From the NCBI GenBank assembly GCA_963847445.1, contig CAWJZV010000030.1, positions 384,001-448,000 on the forward strand: a DNA stretch of 64,000 nt. Reading direction: 5' to 3'. This document shows, one piece after another, positions 31,978 through 43,253 of the stretch. A model generated the notes under the pieces. The model did not search any database. It was not told where the DNA came from and was given only the letters and a program-made list of their open reading frames with translations. Both the position numbers and the translations under genes were made by a program. The stretch's first letter is position 1. Every line of letters starts with the position of its first letter. The DNA is from an uncultured delta proteobacterium (GTDB taxonomy: Bacteria > Desulfobacterota > Binatia > UBA9968).

Positions 31978-32963
31978 AACTGATCCATAAAACCGCTCTT
32001 GTTCATCTCGTCGAGATAGCGGTTATCGACCATTTCTTGCGGCTTGATATTCTTGGCCCGGGCATCGGTCGCCGTCACTTCATCCAAGATCGCCTGCAGA
32101 GATTCCAGCTTTATCGTCAAGTCTTGGCTCCAACGCTTTGATTTCGGCATTGTAGGCCGAGTCCAGGACGCTACGATCCGACAAGCGCAGATACTTGCCC
32201 AAGACTTTGTAGAAAAACTCGCGATCCGTATGCACGATCTTCGAGGCCTCCGCCATGGCGCGCATGAAATTGCCAACCATCGCCGGACGTTTGGCGATCA
32301 CCGAACGCTTGGTGACAAACGCAGTCGCGGTATAAGGGATTTTCAAATCGGGTCCGTAGACCACGTAGTGATAACCTTTCGCGATGGCTTGAGCGTCAGT
32401 CGGGGGCGTCAGGTTGGCCACTTCGAGGGAGCCGCTCAGCAGGGCCGCGAGCGCTTCGGGATCGCCGCCGGTCTGCAGAAAGCTGTAGTCGCGATTAGGT
32501 TCCATGTTATACCGGCGCAAGGCTTGGACAGTAAAGTAATGTGAGTTGCCGCCGATGCGGCTGACACCGATCCGTTTGCCTTTGAGATCCTCGGGCTTTT
32601 TGATATTGCCGCCGGCGACCAGGGTCTGCGTCATGACGTTTTTGACACCGCCGATGAAAACCACATCGGTGGAACCTTTGACATAGGCCGCGACATTGCC
32701 GATGCCGCCGGTGACCGTCATCTCGGTATCGCCGCCAAGCAGCGCCGCGGTGACGATGGCCGACGAGGAAATAAACACCAGATTGAAATCTATATTGTAC
32801 TTCTTGAACAGCCCCGCTTCCTGGGCCACCCAGGGAAAAGATTGCGACATGACCCGCGCCGAGTGAACGCCGACAAGCTTGTCCGGCGCCGCCGCGCCTT
32901 GGCGATGGTAAAGTATAGGCTGACGATCAGACCGATCAGGCCGGCAGTAATCCGTTGTCCCAT
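31962..32963 (-). CDS. ABC substrate-binding protein, NMT1/THI5/SsuA-like (frameshifted)
   Basis: Signal peptide MGQRITAGLIGLIV; DLKGKRIGVSRIGG. Confidence 0.88.
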
Positions 32964-32978
32964 GAGGTACTCCACATT

Positions 32979-33954
32979 CTAGCGTTGACCGTAAAGTTCC
33001 TTAATAAATCCTGTATCTTCTAACTCTTTAATGAAGCGGTTGTCAAAGAACTCTTTCGGGTCCGCGCGCCGCCGCCTTGGGATGATCGGCGACGCTGAGG
33101 ATCGAGCGCACCTGCTCCTCGGTGGTATAGGGAACTTTCGGATAGATGCCGCGGTAGGCCTGGTAAGCTTCGTCTAGGATCGCGCCATCGCTGGTCGCCA
33201 GATACTTGGCCAGCGCCCGTTTGCTGGTGTCGCTATCTTCGTTGACGACTTTGATCGCCGCGACATAGCCTCTGAGAAACGCTTTCATGCGCTCCGGTTG
33301 CTGGCGCAGGAAAGCCCGGTGGGCAACGATGCCGAGTTGAATGTACGGGATTTTCAGATCGATAAAATTGACCAGTTCCTTGTAACCCATGCGCCGCGCC
33401 ATCAATGTCGTCGGCGCCGATATCGTCGTTGCCGAGACGATGCCGCGATCCAGGGCGGCCAAGCCCTCGCGCACACCGCCAAGATAGAGCACTTTGACAT
33501 CTTGGCCCGAGCGCAAATTGTATTGGCGCAGGAGCGCCGTCAGGCCATGGTCCGTCGACGCGCCCTTGGTCATCAAGCCGACGACCTTGCCTTTGAGCGA
33601 AGGGACATCTTTCACATCGTTGCGAACGTATAGCGAGAAACCGTAAGTCGGCACGCTGGCGGCGACATAGGTTAGTTCGGCGCCGCTCAACACCGCGTTG
33701 ACCACCGCGCCGCCGGTGGCGGCCAACTCGATGTCCCCGGACACCAACGTCTGCGTCAGCCGCGCGCCGCCGGAGATGTAAATGTTCTGCAGGTCGACGC
33801 CATATTTCTGGTCGAGCTTCGCTTCCGCCATCACCCAAATCGGCAACATCGCCCCGGAGGGTTGCGGATAGCCGATGCGAATATTGTTAGCCGACGCGGC
33901 GAAACTCTCCCGCGCCGATGTTTGCATGAGCAGCAGCGCAAAACTCACGATCAT
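32979..33954 (-). CDS. ABC substrate-binding protein, NMT1/THI5/SsuA-like (frameshift near 3' end)
   Basis: IRIGYPQPSGAMLP and SLKGKVVG; tail FFDNRFIKELEDTGFIKELY. Confidence 0.88.
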
Positions 33955-34019
33955 GCCTGCAACCGAAAAGCAGAATAGCCGCAAAGAACGCAAAGGGCGC
34001 AAAAAAAGAATCGCGAGTC

Positions 34020-34045
34020 GTAGGGGCGGGTTTGAAACCCGCCCT
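34020..34045 (+). repeat. GTAG-family REP
   Basis: gtaggggcgggtttgaaacccgccc. Confidence 0.75.
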
Positions 34046-34142
34046 CTTGGCTTTCCCGCATCGAGTAAATTCGCAATTCGCGCAAATTATCTCGGATAGT
34101 AGTACGCAGTGTACGAAGTTCGGAATGATGATTATCCGAAAC

Positions 34143-34368
34143 CTTCATGGCCTTCGTGATCTTCTTTGAAAATACATGTAAGGCGATGGTCTCCCACAAT
34201 GAAGAGGTCCCCTGGTTCCGTCATACCCGCGCAAGCGGGTATCCAGGCTAATTGGGCGCAGACCAAACCTGGATTCCCGCGTGCGCGGGAATGACGAGTC
34301 GAGGAGGGAATTCCCTCGATTTTCATTTTCCGGGGCGTGCGTGAGACATGATTAACTTTCGTGGTGAG
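34143..34368 (-). mobile_element. Miniature nested element, copy B (contains a CGTC-type REP pair)
   Basis: Homologous to 51402-51630; internal gtcatacccgcgcaagcgggtatccag / ctggattcccgcgtgcgcgggaatgac. Confidence 0.7.
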
Positions 34369-34398
34369 ATCCGATGTCCTACCACCCGATAAAGCCAA

Positions 34399-35383
34399 TT
34401 AGCGCCGGCCATAAAGCTCCTGAACAAAACCGCTGTCTTCGATTTCTTTTAACAACCGCGTGTCGAAAAAGTCTTTCGGGTTGGCCCCCGCCGCTTTGGG
34501 ATGTTCGGACAGCACCAGGCTCGATTTGATCTGATCTTCGGTGACATAGGGAACCCGTGGAAAAATACCCCGGAAGGTTTGATAGGCTTCGTCCAGGATG
34601 GCGCTGTCGCTGGTAACTAGATAGCGGCTGCAGCGCGCGCTTACTGGTCTCGGCATCTTCATTGGCGATTTTGATGGCGGCGATGTAGGCGCGCAGATAA
34701 GCCTTGATCCGTTCCGGCTGCTGGCGCGAGAACGCACGCCGCGTCGCCACGCCGCTGTGCATGTAGGGCAAACCGAGGGTAGCGATATTCACCAGCTCCT
34801 TTTGCCCCAGGCGCCGCGCCGCCAGAGTCGTCGGCGACGACAACACCCCCGCGGCCGCGATGCCGTGCTCGATGGCGGCGAGCACTTCACGCACGCCGCC
34901 GAGATAGATGAACTTCACGTCCTTGCCGGGTTGCAGATTGTGCCGTTGGAGCAAGGCGATCACCGCGTGCTCGGACGACGCGCCCTTGCTCATGATGCCG
35001 ACCACTTTGCCTTGCAGGCTGGCGATATCCTTGACCTCGGGCGCGAGCGTAAAAGGAAAAACCATAGGTCGGCACACCCACGGCGATCGCCACCAGATCG
35101 CCGCCGCCCAAGACGGTATTGACCACCGCGCCGCCGATGCTGGCGAGATCGATATCGCCGGCGACCATCGCCTGATTCATGCGCGCGGCGCCGGAGATAA
35201 AAATATTCTGCACCGGCACGCCGTATTTTTGATCGAGCTTGGCTTCGCTGACGAGCCAGAGCGGCAGCATCGCCCCGCTCGGTTGCGGATAGCCGACGCG
35301 CATCGTCGCGCTGGCGGCAAATAATTGCGTTGCCAATAGCAGCAGTAAAATTGGCAGCGTAATAACCAACTCCAGTTCACCAT
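34399..35383 (-). CDS. ABC substrate-binding protein, NMT1/THI5/SsuA-like (frameshifted)
   Basis: MRVGYPQPSGAMLP; paralog of 32979-33954. Confidence 0.85.
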
Positions 35384-35479
35384 AGTCACCGCCTGCCGAC
35401 CATGCCAAGAGTCATTGAAAACCTTCGAATTGTATGCCGTAAAATCCGGATCGCTCGATTCGGGGATGATTTATCTTTG

Positions 35480-35546
35480 TCGTCATTCCCGCAAACGGGA
35501 ATCCAGGCTATTGTACACGGAACCGGATCCCGCGTGCGGATGACGG
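35480..35546. repeat. CGTC-type REP pair
   Basis: cgtcattcccgcaaacgggaatccag...ggatcccgcgtgcggatgacg. Confidence 0.6.
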
Positions 35547-35569
35547 AATCATCGTCTCCCTCGAAACCA

Positions 35570-36606
35570 TCACGACCAAAACCGTTCCCGCCAGCGCGGA
35601 ATCGCCAACGGATTGACCACGGTGTCGGGCACCTTGCCGTCGAGCAACGCGAGGATGCTCTGCGACCGCCAGCTTCTGTCCGGCCGTCTGGGAGCCGGGA
35701 TTGGTGCCGATGGTGTGCGGCGTGAGGATGAGCTTCTCCGGGTCGACCTGGCGCAGCGGATTGCTCATCGGCGTCGGTTCTTCGGCAAAGACATCGAGCG
35801 CCGCCCCGGCGATCACCTGATCATTCAAAGCTTCGAATCAAGTCGGCTTCCTTGATCGCCGGGCCGCGCGAGGTGTTGATGAGAAAGGCGCTGGGCTTCA
35901 TCAACTTCAACTGCGCCAGACCGAGCATGCCGCGGGTCTCGCGGGTCAAGACCACATGGAGGGTCACGACATCGGCCTGCGCGCAGCAACTCCTCGAGAG
36001 CAACCATCTTCACGCCCAGGTCCGCCACCTTCTCCTGCTTGACGTAGGGATCGTAGGCCAAGATCTTCATGCCCCAGCCAGCCAAGCGCTTGGCGACGTT
36101 TTGACCGACGCGGCCAACACCGATGATGCCCACCGTCTTGCCCAACATGAGCACACCGTGGTTGCGTGCTTCCTTCCAACCCTGGGTGCGCATGTGGGCT
36201 TCATTGCGCTTCAAGCGCTTGAACAACGCGACCATGAGTCCGACGGTCGCCTCGGCCACACCCAGGTAATTCTCCGGCGTCGGGCTGTTGCAGCAGATGA
36301 TGCCCAAATCGGTGGCGGCATCGACATCGACGGTTTCGATGCCGATGCTCGACTTCACCACGGCTTGCAAATCCGGACACGAGTCCAAAATATCCGCGCC
36401 GATGAAATCGCGTCCGGCCGGAAAGACAATCGGCGCGTCGCCGATCAGCTTGACCAGATCCTTGCGCTCGTAGCGAAATTCGCGAAAATCGTCCAGCGGC
36501 TTACCGAGCACCAGCTCGCAGCCCGCTTGGCGCAAGGCGTCGGCGACCACCGTCAGACCCAGTGGGACCGGTCATGCAAACTTTACGCTTTAGCGCCCAT
36601 AGTCAT
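35570..36606 (-). CDS. D-isomer-specific 2-hydroxyacid dehydrogenase (SerA-like), frameshifted
   Basis: GIIGVGRVG, YDPY, LINTSRG, AALDVFAEEP and LTPH motifs. Confidence 0.9.
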
Positions 36607-36608
36607 CC

Positions 36609-37628
36609 TTAACTCAGGTTATAGAGTTTCTTGGCGCTCTCGGCGAACAGCCACTTCTTGGCTTCGTCGTTCAAGTCTTTGCGCCTGTTTAGATGCTGAA
36701 TATTCTCCGGGAACTCGGTATCCCAGTGCGGGAAATCGGAGGCGTAATAAATATTGCGATGGGACAGGATTTCGGCGGTCGCGCCGATCAACGGCTCGTA
36801 GTCCTCGGCGTGAAAATAGATCCGGCCATCTTTCAGATAATCAATCGGCTTGCGCTTGCACATCGGCGCCTCGACTTCGCCGCGAATCTCCCACTCCTCG
36901 CTCATGCGGCCGAACCAGTAGGGCGCCCAGCTGCAGCCCGCCTCCATGAACGCCACGCGCAGCTTGGGAAAGCGGTCGAAGACGCCGCGAAACATCAGGC
37001 TGGTGCAATGCATCATCTGGGCGAACGCATGCGACAGCGTGTGCACCTCGATGAACTGGTCGAACATATCGCCGGCAAAGTAGTGCGGCCCGCGCACGGT
37101 GGCATGGACGCCGACCATGCAGTCGAGCTTTTCCGCCTCTTCGTAGATAGGCCAAAAGCTTTCATGACCGAGCGGCTGGCGCAGGCCGACGGCCGGCAGC
37201 ATCAAGCCGACCAGTTTTAGTTCCTGCACCGCCCGGCGCAGCTCTTTGACCGCTTCGGGGACATCTTGAAACGACACCAAGGCGACGCACTTCAAGCGCG
37301 GGCTGACTTTCTGAAACTCTTCGGAACAGAAATTGTTCCACGCCTGAGCATACTGCACCGCGACATCCGGTTCGCGAATCCAGCCGACGCTCAGACCGTT
37401 GGTCGGATAGAGCACCGCGGTGGAAACGTTGCCACGATCCATCGCGTCGAGCCAACTCTTGGCATCGCCGGCCCGGCTGCCGAGCTTGCCGCTGAGCGAG
37501 CGGTCCCAACTATCGCCCGGCGTTAGCGACGAAACCCGTTTGACATACTTCTCCGGCATGTATTTTTTCAGTTGCGCGTCGCTCTCGGTAATGTGGCCGT
37601 CGGCATCGATGACTTCAAGATTTGCCAT
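36609..37628 (-). CDS. Amidohydrolase_2 family protein
   Basis: IDADGH, FPKLRVAFMEAGCSW and YASDFPHWD motifs. Confidence 0.92.
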   Translation of the reverse strand: MANLEVIDADGHITESDAQLKKYMPEKYVKRVSSLTPGDSWDRSLSGKLGSRAGDAKSWLDAMDRGNVSTAVLYPTNGLSVGWIREPDVAVQYAQAWNNFCSEEFQKVSPRLKCVALVSFQDVPEAVKELRRAVQELKLVGLMLPAVGLRQPLGHESFWPIYEEAEKLDCMVGVHATVRGPHYFAGDMFDQFIEVHTLSHAFAQMMHCTSLMFRGVFDRFPKLRVAFMEAGCSWAPYWFGRMSEEWEIRGEVEAPMCKRKPIDYLKDGRIYFHAEDYEPLIGATAEILSHRNIYYASDFPHWDTEFPENIQHLNRRKDLNDEAKKWLFAESAKKLYNLS

Positions 37629-38060
37629 AATTCAGTTCCTCCCTTGCCCTAGATAATCCCTCGTACGCCTGACCGACGCACCCTGTCAAGGGAAACCCTG
37701 AGGTCTCACAGACTAAGAATTTTCTTGAGTTAAATGGCTTCAAAGATGTACCAAGAGATCGTGAAGTCATCGCACCGCCATGCGCTTCGTCTGGTCGTGA
37801 CGATCGCTACGCTGCTAGGGGTTGGCAGCTCAACAAATCTCGCCGCTGTCGATACCATTAACGTCTCTCATCCGAGCCTGGCGCGGACCTCTAGGCGACG
37901 ATCAACTTGCCGGCAGCATCAACCCCAAAAGACTGCGCCTCCTATCCCGGATGATTCGATTTCAGCCTGTTACCGCAGATTCTCAAGGAAGGCGCGCTAA
38001 TTATATTGACAAGCTTTTGTTGGGCAAGTCGTCTAAACTGTTGACCGTAGCGAGGGATAT

Positions 38061-38345
38061 ATGCAAAAAGCCGGTTATTTGATGCTGCTACTCACCTGGA
38101 CGATCTGGACCCGCACCATATCGCCGACCTCAGACAGCTGGTCCGCCGCCCCCGGCTTGGGGTCTCGCGACAAGTGCCTGGCCAGTGTCAAAGACAAACT
38201 CGACATGTGGAAGCAGTTCAAAGACGCCAAATTCGACAAGAACACCGTCATCTTCACCAGCAACAATTCCTCCATGACCTACCTCTGTCTCCCCGACGGC
38301 GACGACCCGCGCAAGCCGGCGAAAGCGCCCAAGCCGGCGAATTAG
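38061..38345 (+). CDS. Small secreted hypothetical protein with two Cys
   Basis: Hydrophobic N-terminus, codon usage matching the host, GAGG RBS, C-terminal YLCLPDGDDPR. Confidence 0.65.
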   Translation: MQKAGYLMLLLTWTIWTRTISPTSDSWSAAPGLGSRDKCLASVKDKLDMWKQFKDAKFDKNTVIFTSNNSSMTYLCLPDGDDPRKPAKAPKPAN

Positions 38346-38439
38346 TTTCCAGTTGTCAGTCCGGCAACGAATTGCGCCATCCGAGTAAGGGTTTGGGACT
38401 TGGGTTATTAACCGCAGGTAGCCAAGCACGGCAGAGCGG

Positions 38440-38610
38440 CAATCGAAATTCAGAGTATCTCGCGCAAAGCCCGCAAAGGGCGCAAAGAAACAACGTTGTC
38501 ATTTCGAACGGAGAGAGAAATCCTTCTGAGATCCCTCCCATTCGCTCGGGATGACAGGCTTCTAACCTGTCACTTGACACCTTGGCGCGAGGAATATCCG
38601 AATCCAAACC
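38440..38610. repeat. Composite nested palindromic repeat (CGCAAAG outer arms plus GTCATTTCG...GGGATGACA hairpin)
   Basis: Same architecture as 2943-3125. Confidence 0.6.
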
Positions 38611-38634
38611 TTCAGGCGAACAGTCAAGCTGCTG

Positions 38635-39679
38635 CTACGGATTCAGAGCAAGCAGTTTGCGTTGCGCTTCGTCCATGGCCGTCGGCCAGGCATCGCGCTC
38701 CTTGTAGAACTGCACAACGGCCGGATGGTACGGCATCGTCACGTCGCCATCCACCGCCCGCGGCCGCGTCCAATCTTTGAAGCTGGGATGGAGCGGCGGA
38801 AGCTTATCGACGTTGTCCCAAATATTTTTGACAACCGCGGCGACGACTCGATCGGCCACGCCTTTGTGAGTCGTGAGGTAAATATCGTAGGCATTCACGC
38901 AAGTGTCGTCGGCGATACCGGCGGTCTGGCCGCGTTTGAGCCAATGGGGATAGTAGCCGGGCACTGCGGCGCGCAGACGTTTCTCACCCTGCGCCGAACA
39001 GTCGAGCGAGAGATGGCGCACGCCGATCGCCGCGTCGGCTTCTTTGACTTTGGCTGAATCGACCGCGTGCAGGGCAACGTCGGCGCGTCCCTGCATGAGC
39101 GCGTCCACGCCTTCGTTGGCGCCCGGCACCGGAACGATCTTCACGTCTTCAAACTTCATTCCAGCGCCGGCGAGAAAGCCGAAGACGTTGTACCAATTGG
39201 CCAGCTGCGCCGGGTATTCACCGGTCACTCTTTTGCCGCGAATATCCTGCACGGTTTTCATCGTCGAGTCTTTGCGCACGAGAAACGCCGTCATCAGAAT
39301 CGCGCCGCGCATCACCAGGCGGACATTGGGCGTGTGTTGAAACGGATTGCGCCCGCCGATCTTCAAGCGCTCCGGCCCCTGGTAGGACAGCGCCATGTCG
39401 ACCGCGTTGTTGATGCCGAAATCGATCTCGCCGCTGTCGAGCAGCGGCAAAAATGTGCTGGTGCCGGAGTACGGCTGAACCACCATCTGAAACGGCGCTC
39501 CCTCGCTGGCAACCTTGGAAAGGCCGCTGGCCAGAGCGTAGAAAACCGTCCCCGGAGGATTGGATCCCACCGTCACCGAGCGCGGTAACGGTTGCGCATC
39601 GGCGGCGGCAGCAAAACCCAAGCGCGAGAAGAAATAAAAAGGAAAGGAAGCGCGAAGACCGAGATAAAGTCGAACGCAT
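38635..39679 (-). CDS. TAXI family TRAP transporter solute receptor (frameshift in signal region)
   Basis: GSNPPGTVFYALA, DIRGKRV and MPYHPAVVQFYKE motifs. Confidence 0.88.
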
Positions 39680-39916
39680 AGAGTTTCCTCCTTCGATGGC
39701 CGACTTGTATAGAGAACGCCGACTCGCTGTCAAGGCGAAAATATTGGGGCGAGGCAAATCATAGGGAATCGTGTCAATGCGAAGTGTCAGACATCCACGT
39801 CACAACAATTAAAAATGATCGTCTAGACGTAAAAGCCGAACCTGATCACAAATCCCATTCTTATTTGAAGGAGTGTGGTCGGAGAATTGTCGATCGTCGC
39901 GCATTGCAGTGATTTC

Positions 39917-40519
39917 TCACCGAGGAAAAGTATCCACCAGTTCGCGCAGCCGATCCTTAGCAGACTGAAGAATCGGCTCACCGTCGCCAACCAATAGAAT
40001 ATCGAAGTCGAGCGCCAGTAGCTGTCGCGCGCTATCGCGTAGGCGCGGCGGATCGTCGACAACCTTGTCCGGTAAGAGCTTGCACTTCCCAGGCGGATCG
40101 CCGACGACCGCATCGCCGACCAGCAAGATTTTTCTTTCCGGCCAGTGAAGGACGACTTCACCCAGCGATTTTCCCGGCGAGTCGATCACCACGAACGGGC
40201 CGACCTTGTCGCTTGGGTTCAATTCGTCGTCCAGCACAGCTCCCTCGCTGCGCGCGTGCGGCGCGTCCGCCGGATGGATCGCCGTCCGCGCGCCGGTGCG
40301 CGCACGAATCTTGTTCGCCGCCCGCGAGTGGTTGCGATTGGTGATGAGTATGCGCGCGACACCCTGCCGCGCCAGCTCCGCCAGATCTTCTTCACTCGGC
40401 TCCACCGGATCGACACAAAGATTCCCATCAGCGTGCCGAATGAAGTGACCGTTAAAATTGTAACCGTGCGGCTCCGAAAACCACGGCCAAGTGAAAATAT
40501 CCGTCAGGATCTCGCGCAT
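39917..40519 (-). CDS. MBL-fold protein
   Basis: CVDP, LITNRNHSR, SPGKS, LVGDA and LLVGDG give a degenerate MBL motif set. Confidence 0.8.
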   Translation of the reverse strand: MREILTDIFTWPWFSEPHGYNFNGHFIRHADGNLCVDPVEPSEEDLAELARQGVARILITNRNHSRAANKIRARTGARTAIHPADAPHARSEGAVLDDELNPSDKVGPFVVIDSPGKSLGEVVLHWPERKILLVGDAVVGDPPGKCKLLPDKVVDDPPRLRDSARQLLALDFDILLVGDGEPILQSAKDRLRELVDTFPR

Positions 40520-41159
40520 GATTTCTCCTTACAGATAAATTACAATTCCTCGACCTATTTTATGGCTTATACCTTAGGCCACAGCGTCATACTAGTGTCG
40601 AGCTGACGATCTTTGTTGTCTGATCAAAGTCTAACCCTGATCATTGTTGCGTTCGTGAGGATTGTTTGGATGCCGCGTCTGATAGAGCTTGTAGTCAAAC
40701 AATTTCGGGAGAATTTTCAGAATCGAAAGTCCTGACCCGGAAGGCTGCGGGATCGAATCAAAGCCATTCCCGACTACCCATCGCTCAGATGAGTAATGGA
40801 ACCGTGGCTGATTTGTTACCCTGGATTCACGGCGCGAAAACTGTCGTTACTGCAACTTGGGCAATAGTTTGGCATTGAGGTGAGACATAGAAAGCTTGCG
40901 AGTTTGATTCATTGGCCCCGGTCACACCGCTGGTTAATTTATCTTTCCTCAATCCGCGTGACTCACTTCGTAACGGCGTGTCGTCAAATGGTTTAAACTG
41001 AACCTGCGGATCGACCGACCGCTTGATGCTGCGTTTAAAGTCAAACGGCAGGTGGCGAATGATCTTTGCGAAGTGTGGCAAGTCAGCCGCGGCCGGTTTC
41101 TAGTAGTCCAAGGCTCAGCCCGGAGAACAAATCCGCCCTGCCGTCGGCGGGGCGTGGCA

Positions 41160-41904
41160 TTACCTTGCGGTCGCCCTCACGGTAACGATGTCTGCCGTCG
41201 GCGCCGCCGCGCGATCGTTGTCGAACGACAAATCAAACGTCACGACGGTTTCACCCGCGACAAACGTTAGTTCCCCCAAGAAATGGCTCAACATGGCAAA
41301 GCTGCCCACTCGAACCAACCCTTCCGGCTGATCATAGCCTCCACCCTCCATTGGTCGCGCCAGGAGCTGGTTCGGCCGCCCATCGTAGAAGCCAGAGACA
41401 GTGCGCTTTTCTCCCCACACGCTCGTCCGCGAACCATTATTGCCTGGCTCCGGCGCCAGATGCAGCGCCGTATGGTAGATGGCTACCAGCGCCGGTTCAT
41501 GGAGCAGCGCCGGCAACATCTCCCCGCTCGATAAATGTTTATATTTGCTTTCGTATATATCTGCCGGGACCGCCAGGTCGGCATAATCGACATCCAGCGG
41601 GAAGAGATACTTGGCAACCCCCGATTCCAATAGCTCTCTTAACTGGCGAGTGGTCTCGGTGATGAACCGGCAAGGCGCCGCAAACCGTCTGCCCTGGGAC
41701 GACGCGGCGAATTCCAGTTCGGCCGTGCAAACAGGCTTCGGGCTCCAAGGGATTGTGCAGACGCGCGCCGAACTGTTGCTGATAGCGATAGGCATCGGCG
41801 ATCTCCTTGGCCGTGAAGAACCACGGATCATCTTTAGCAAAGGATTGTCCGAATGAACCCGCGAGGACAATGGCTACGCTTGCCAGTGATTTGAAGTTGA
41901 ACAT
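41160..41904 (-). CDS. Hypothetical secreted protein (frameshift near 41735)
   Basis: GGAGG RBS; signal peptide MFNFKSLASVAIVLAGSFGQSFA; continues in the 41160..41870 frame. Confidence 0.6.
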
Positions 41905-42023
41905 AAACACCTCCACCGATCGGTTTGCTCCAGCTCGGTCCCTCCAGCCGCTGTTGAAGGGGCTAAAAACCATGAGCGGAAGTCCGTTAAGGACCGTCAA
42001 GTAATCTATACTTCGTTGGTTAG

Positions 42024-42039
42024 CGCAAAGACTGTGCCT
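42024..42039 (-). promoter_or_regulatory. Putative sigma54 -24/-12 promoter
   Basis: Minus strand aGGCACagtctTTGCg. Confidence 0.6.
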
Positions 42040-42131
42040 GGCCAGAAAATCCGTGGGTAAAAATCCAAGTAGCGGTCAGCAAAAGCTTTTATCGCAATTT
42101 GCAATTCCGCCCGCTGCTCGGAACAACTGCC

Positions 42132-42172
42132 AGCGCAACTTTCGGATACAAAGTGTATCCAAAAGTTGCGCT
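42132..42172. promoter_or_regulatory. 41-bp near-perfect palindrome, candidate upstream activator site
   Basis: agcgcaactttcggataca-aag-tgtatccaaaagttgcgct (1 mismatch), about 100 bp upstream of the sigma54 motif. Confidence 0.5.
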
Positions 42173-42334
42173 TCTATCTGGCAATGCGGCAGTTAAATCT
42201 TCGTTACATGCAGTCGATAGCAGGATTCGGGGGGTAGGCATGGCAACGTTGCAAAGTCGATTCAGCTGACCTTGCGAACTGCCTCGCTTGCAGATGCATC
42301 AGAATCGCAATCCGGGTTTCCCTTTGAGCTCTTG

Positions 42335-43230
42335 CTAAAGCCCGCGGATGAACTCCAGGACGTTGCGGTTGAAGGCCTCGGGTTGCTCCCAGTTGATCGA
42401 GTGCGCGGCCTCGGGCAATACGATAAATTGTGCGCCGGGGATATGGGCGAGCTGGCGGCGCATCACCCAGGGCGGCGCTTGCAGGTCTTGATCTCCGGGC
42501 ATCAGCAGTGTCGGCACGCGAATCGTTGCGAGCTTGGCAAACGTGATCGTCTGGCGCTGCGGTTGTGCCGGCGCCTCTTTCTGTTTCGAGTTGTCATGAA
42601 TCTCCAGCCAGAGCTTGAGACCTTCGGGGTTGGTCGCCATGTAACCCATGCTGACTTCGCGAAACTCCGGCGGCCAACTGCGAAAATTCGGCAGCGCCGT
42701 CCTCTCGCGAATCTGGCTCAATTCCTCGTCGACGATGGCGCCGCCGCTGGCGGCGACGACCAGACTGCGCAGCCGCTCCGGATGCCAGAGCACGTAGTCG
42801 TAAGCCGCGAAGCCGCCGCCGGCCACGCCGACGAGATGAAATCGATCGAGTTTTAGATATTCCGCAAGAGCGTGCAGATCATCGGCGATGGTGCCGGGCT
42901 GCGGACCGGTGGCCGGATTCGCCGTGCTGCGGCCCCAGCCGCGCCGGTCGAAGGCGATGACCCGATATCCCGCCGCGACAAAACCTGGAATGTTGTACTG
43001 CCAACCGTCGGCGTTGCCGGTGTTGGCGTGGAGCAGCACCAGTGGCACGCCGTTCCCGCCGCTGTCGGTGTACCACAAGCGCACGCCCGGCAGATCGGCG
43101 TATCCCGTGAACTTCGAGGGAGGAGTAGTTACCGCGGTTGCCATCAACAGGAACACCGATCCCTCGCCCACGTCCACGCCCAGGAGCGCCGCGGCAAAGA
43201 GGCCAACAACCATCAAGTGCATGCCATTCA
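42335..43230 (-). CDS. Alpha/beta hydrolase fold protein
   Basis: LLHANTG, FDRRGWGRS, LVGVAGGG (nucleophile Ser replaced by Ala) and AAHSINWEQPEAFN. Confidence 0.88.
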
Positions 43231-43253
43231 TCAAGTGTCTCCTAGATGGCCAA

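Noticed and set aside
37734-38000. ORF resembling an SBP signal region
   Set aside because: Only a short N-terminal resemblance followed by non-coding-like sequence; at best a relic.
40560-41150. Small ORFs or an ncRNA in the low-GC intergenic stretch
   Set aside because: No RBS, protein motif or recognisable RNA structure supports a call.
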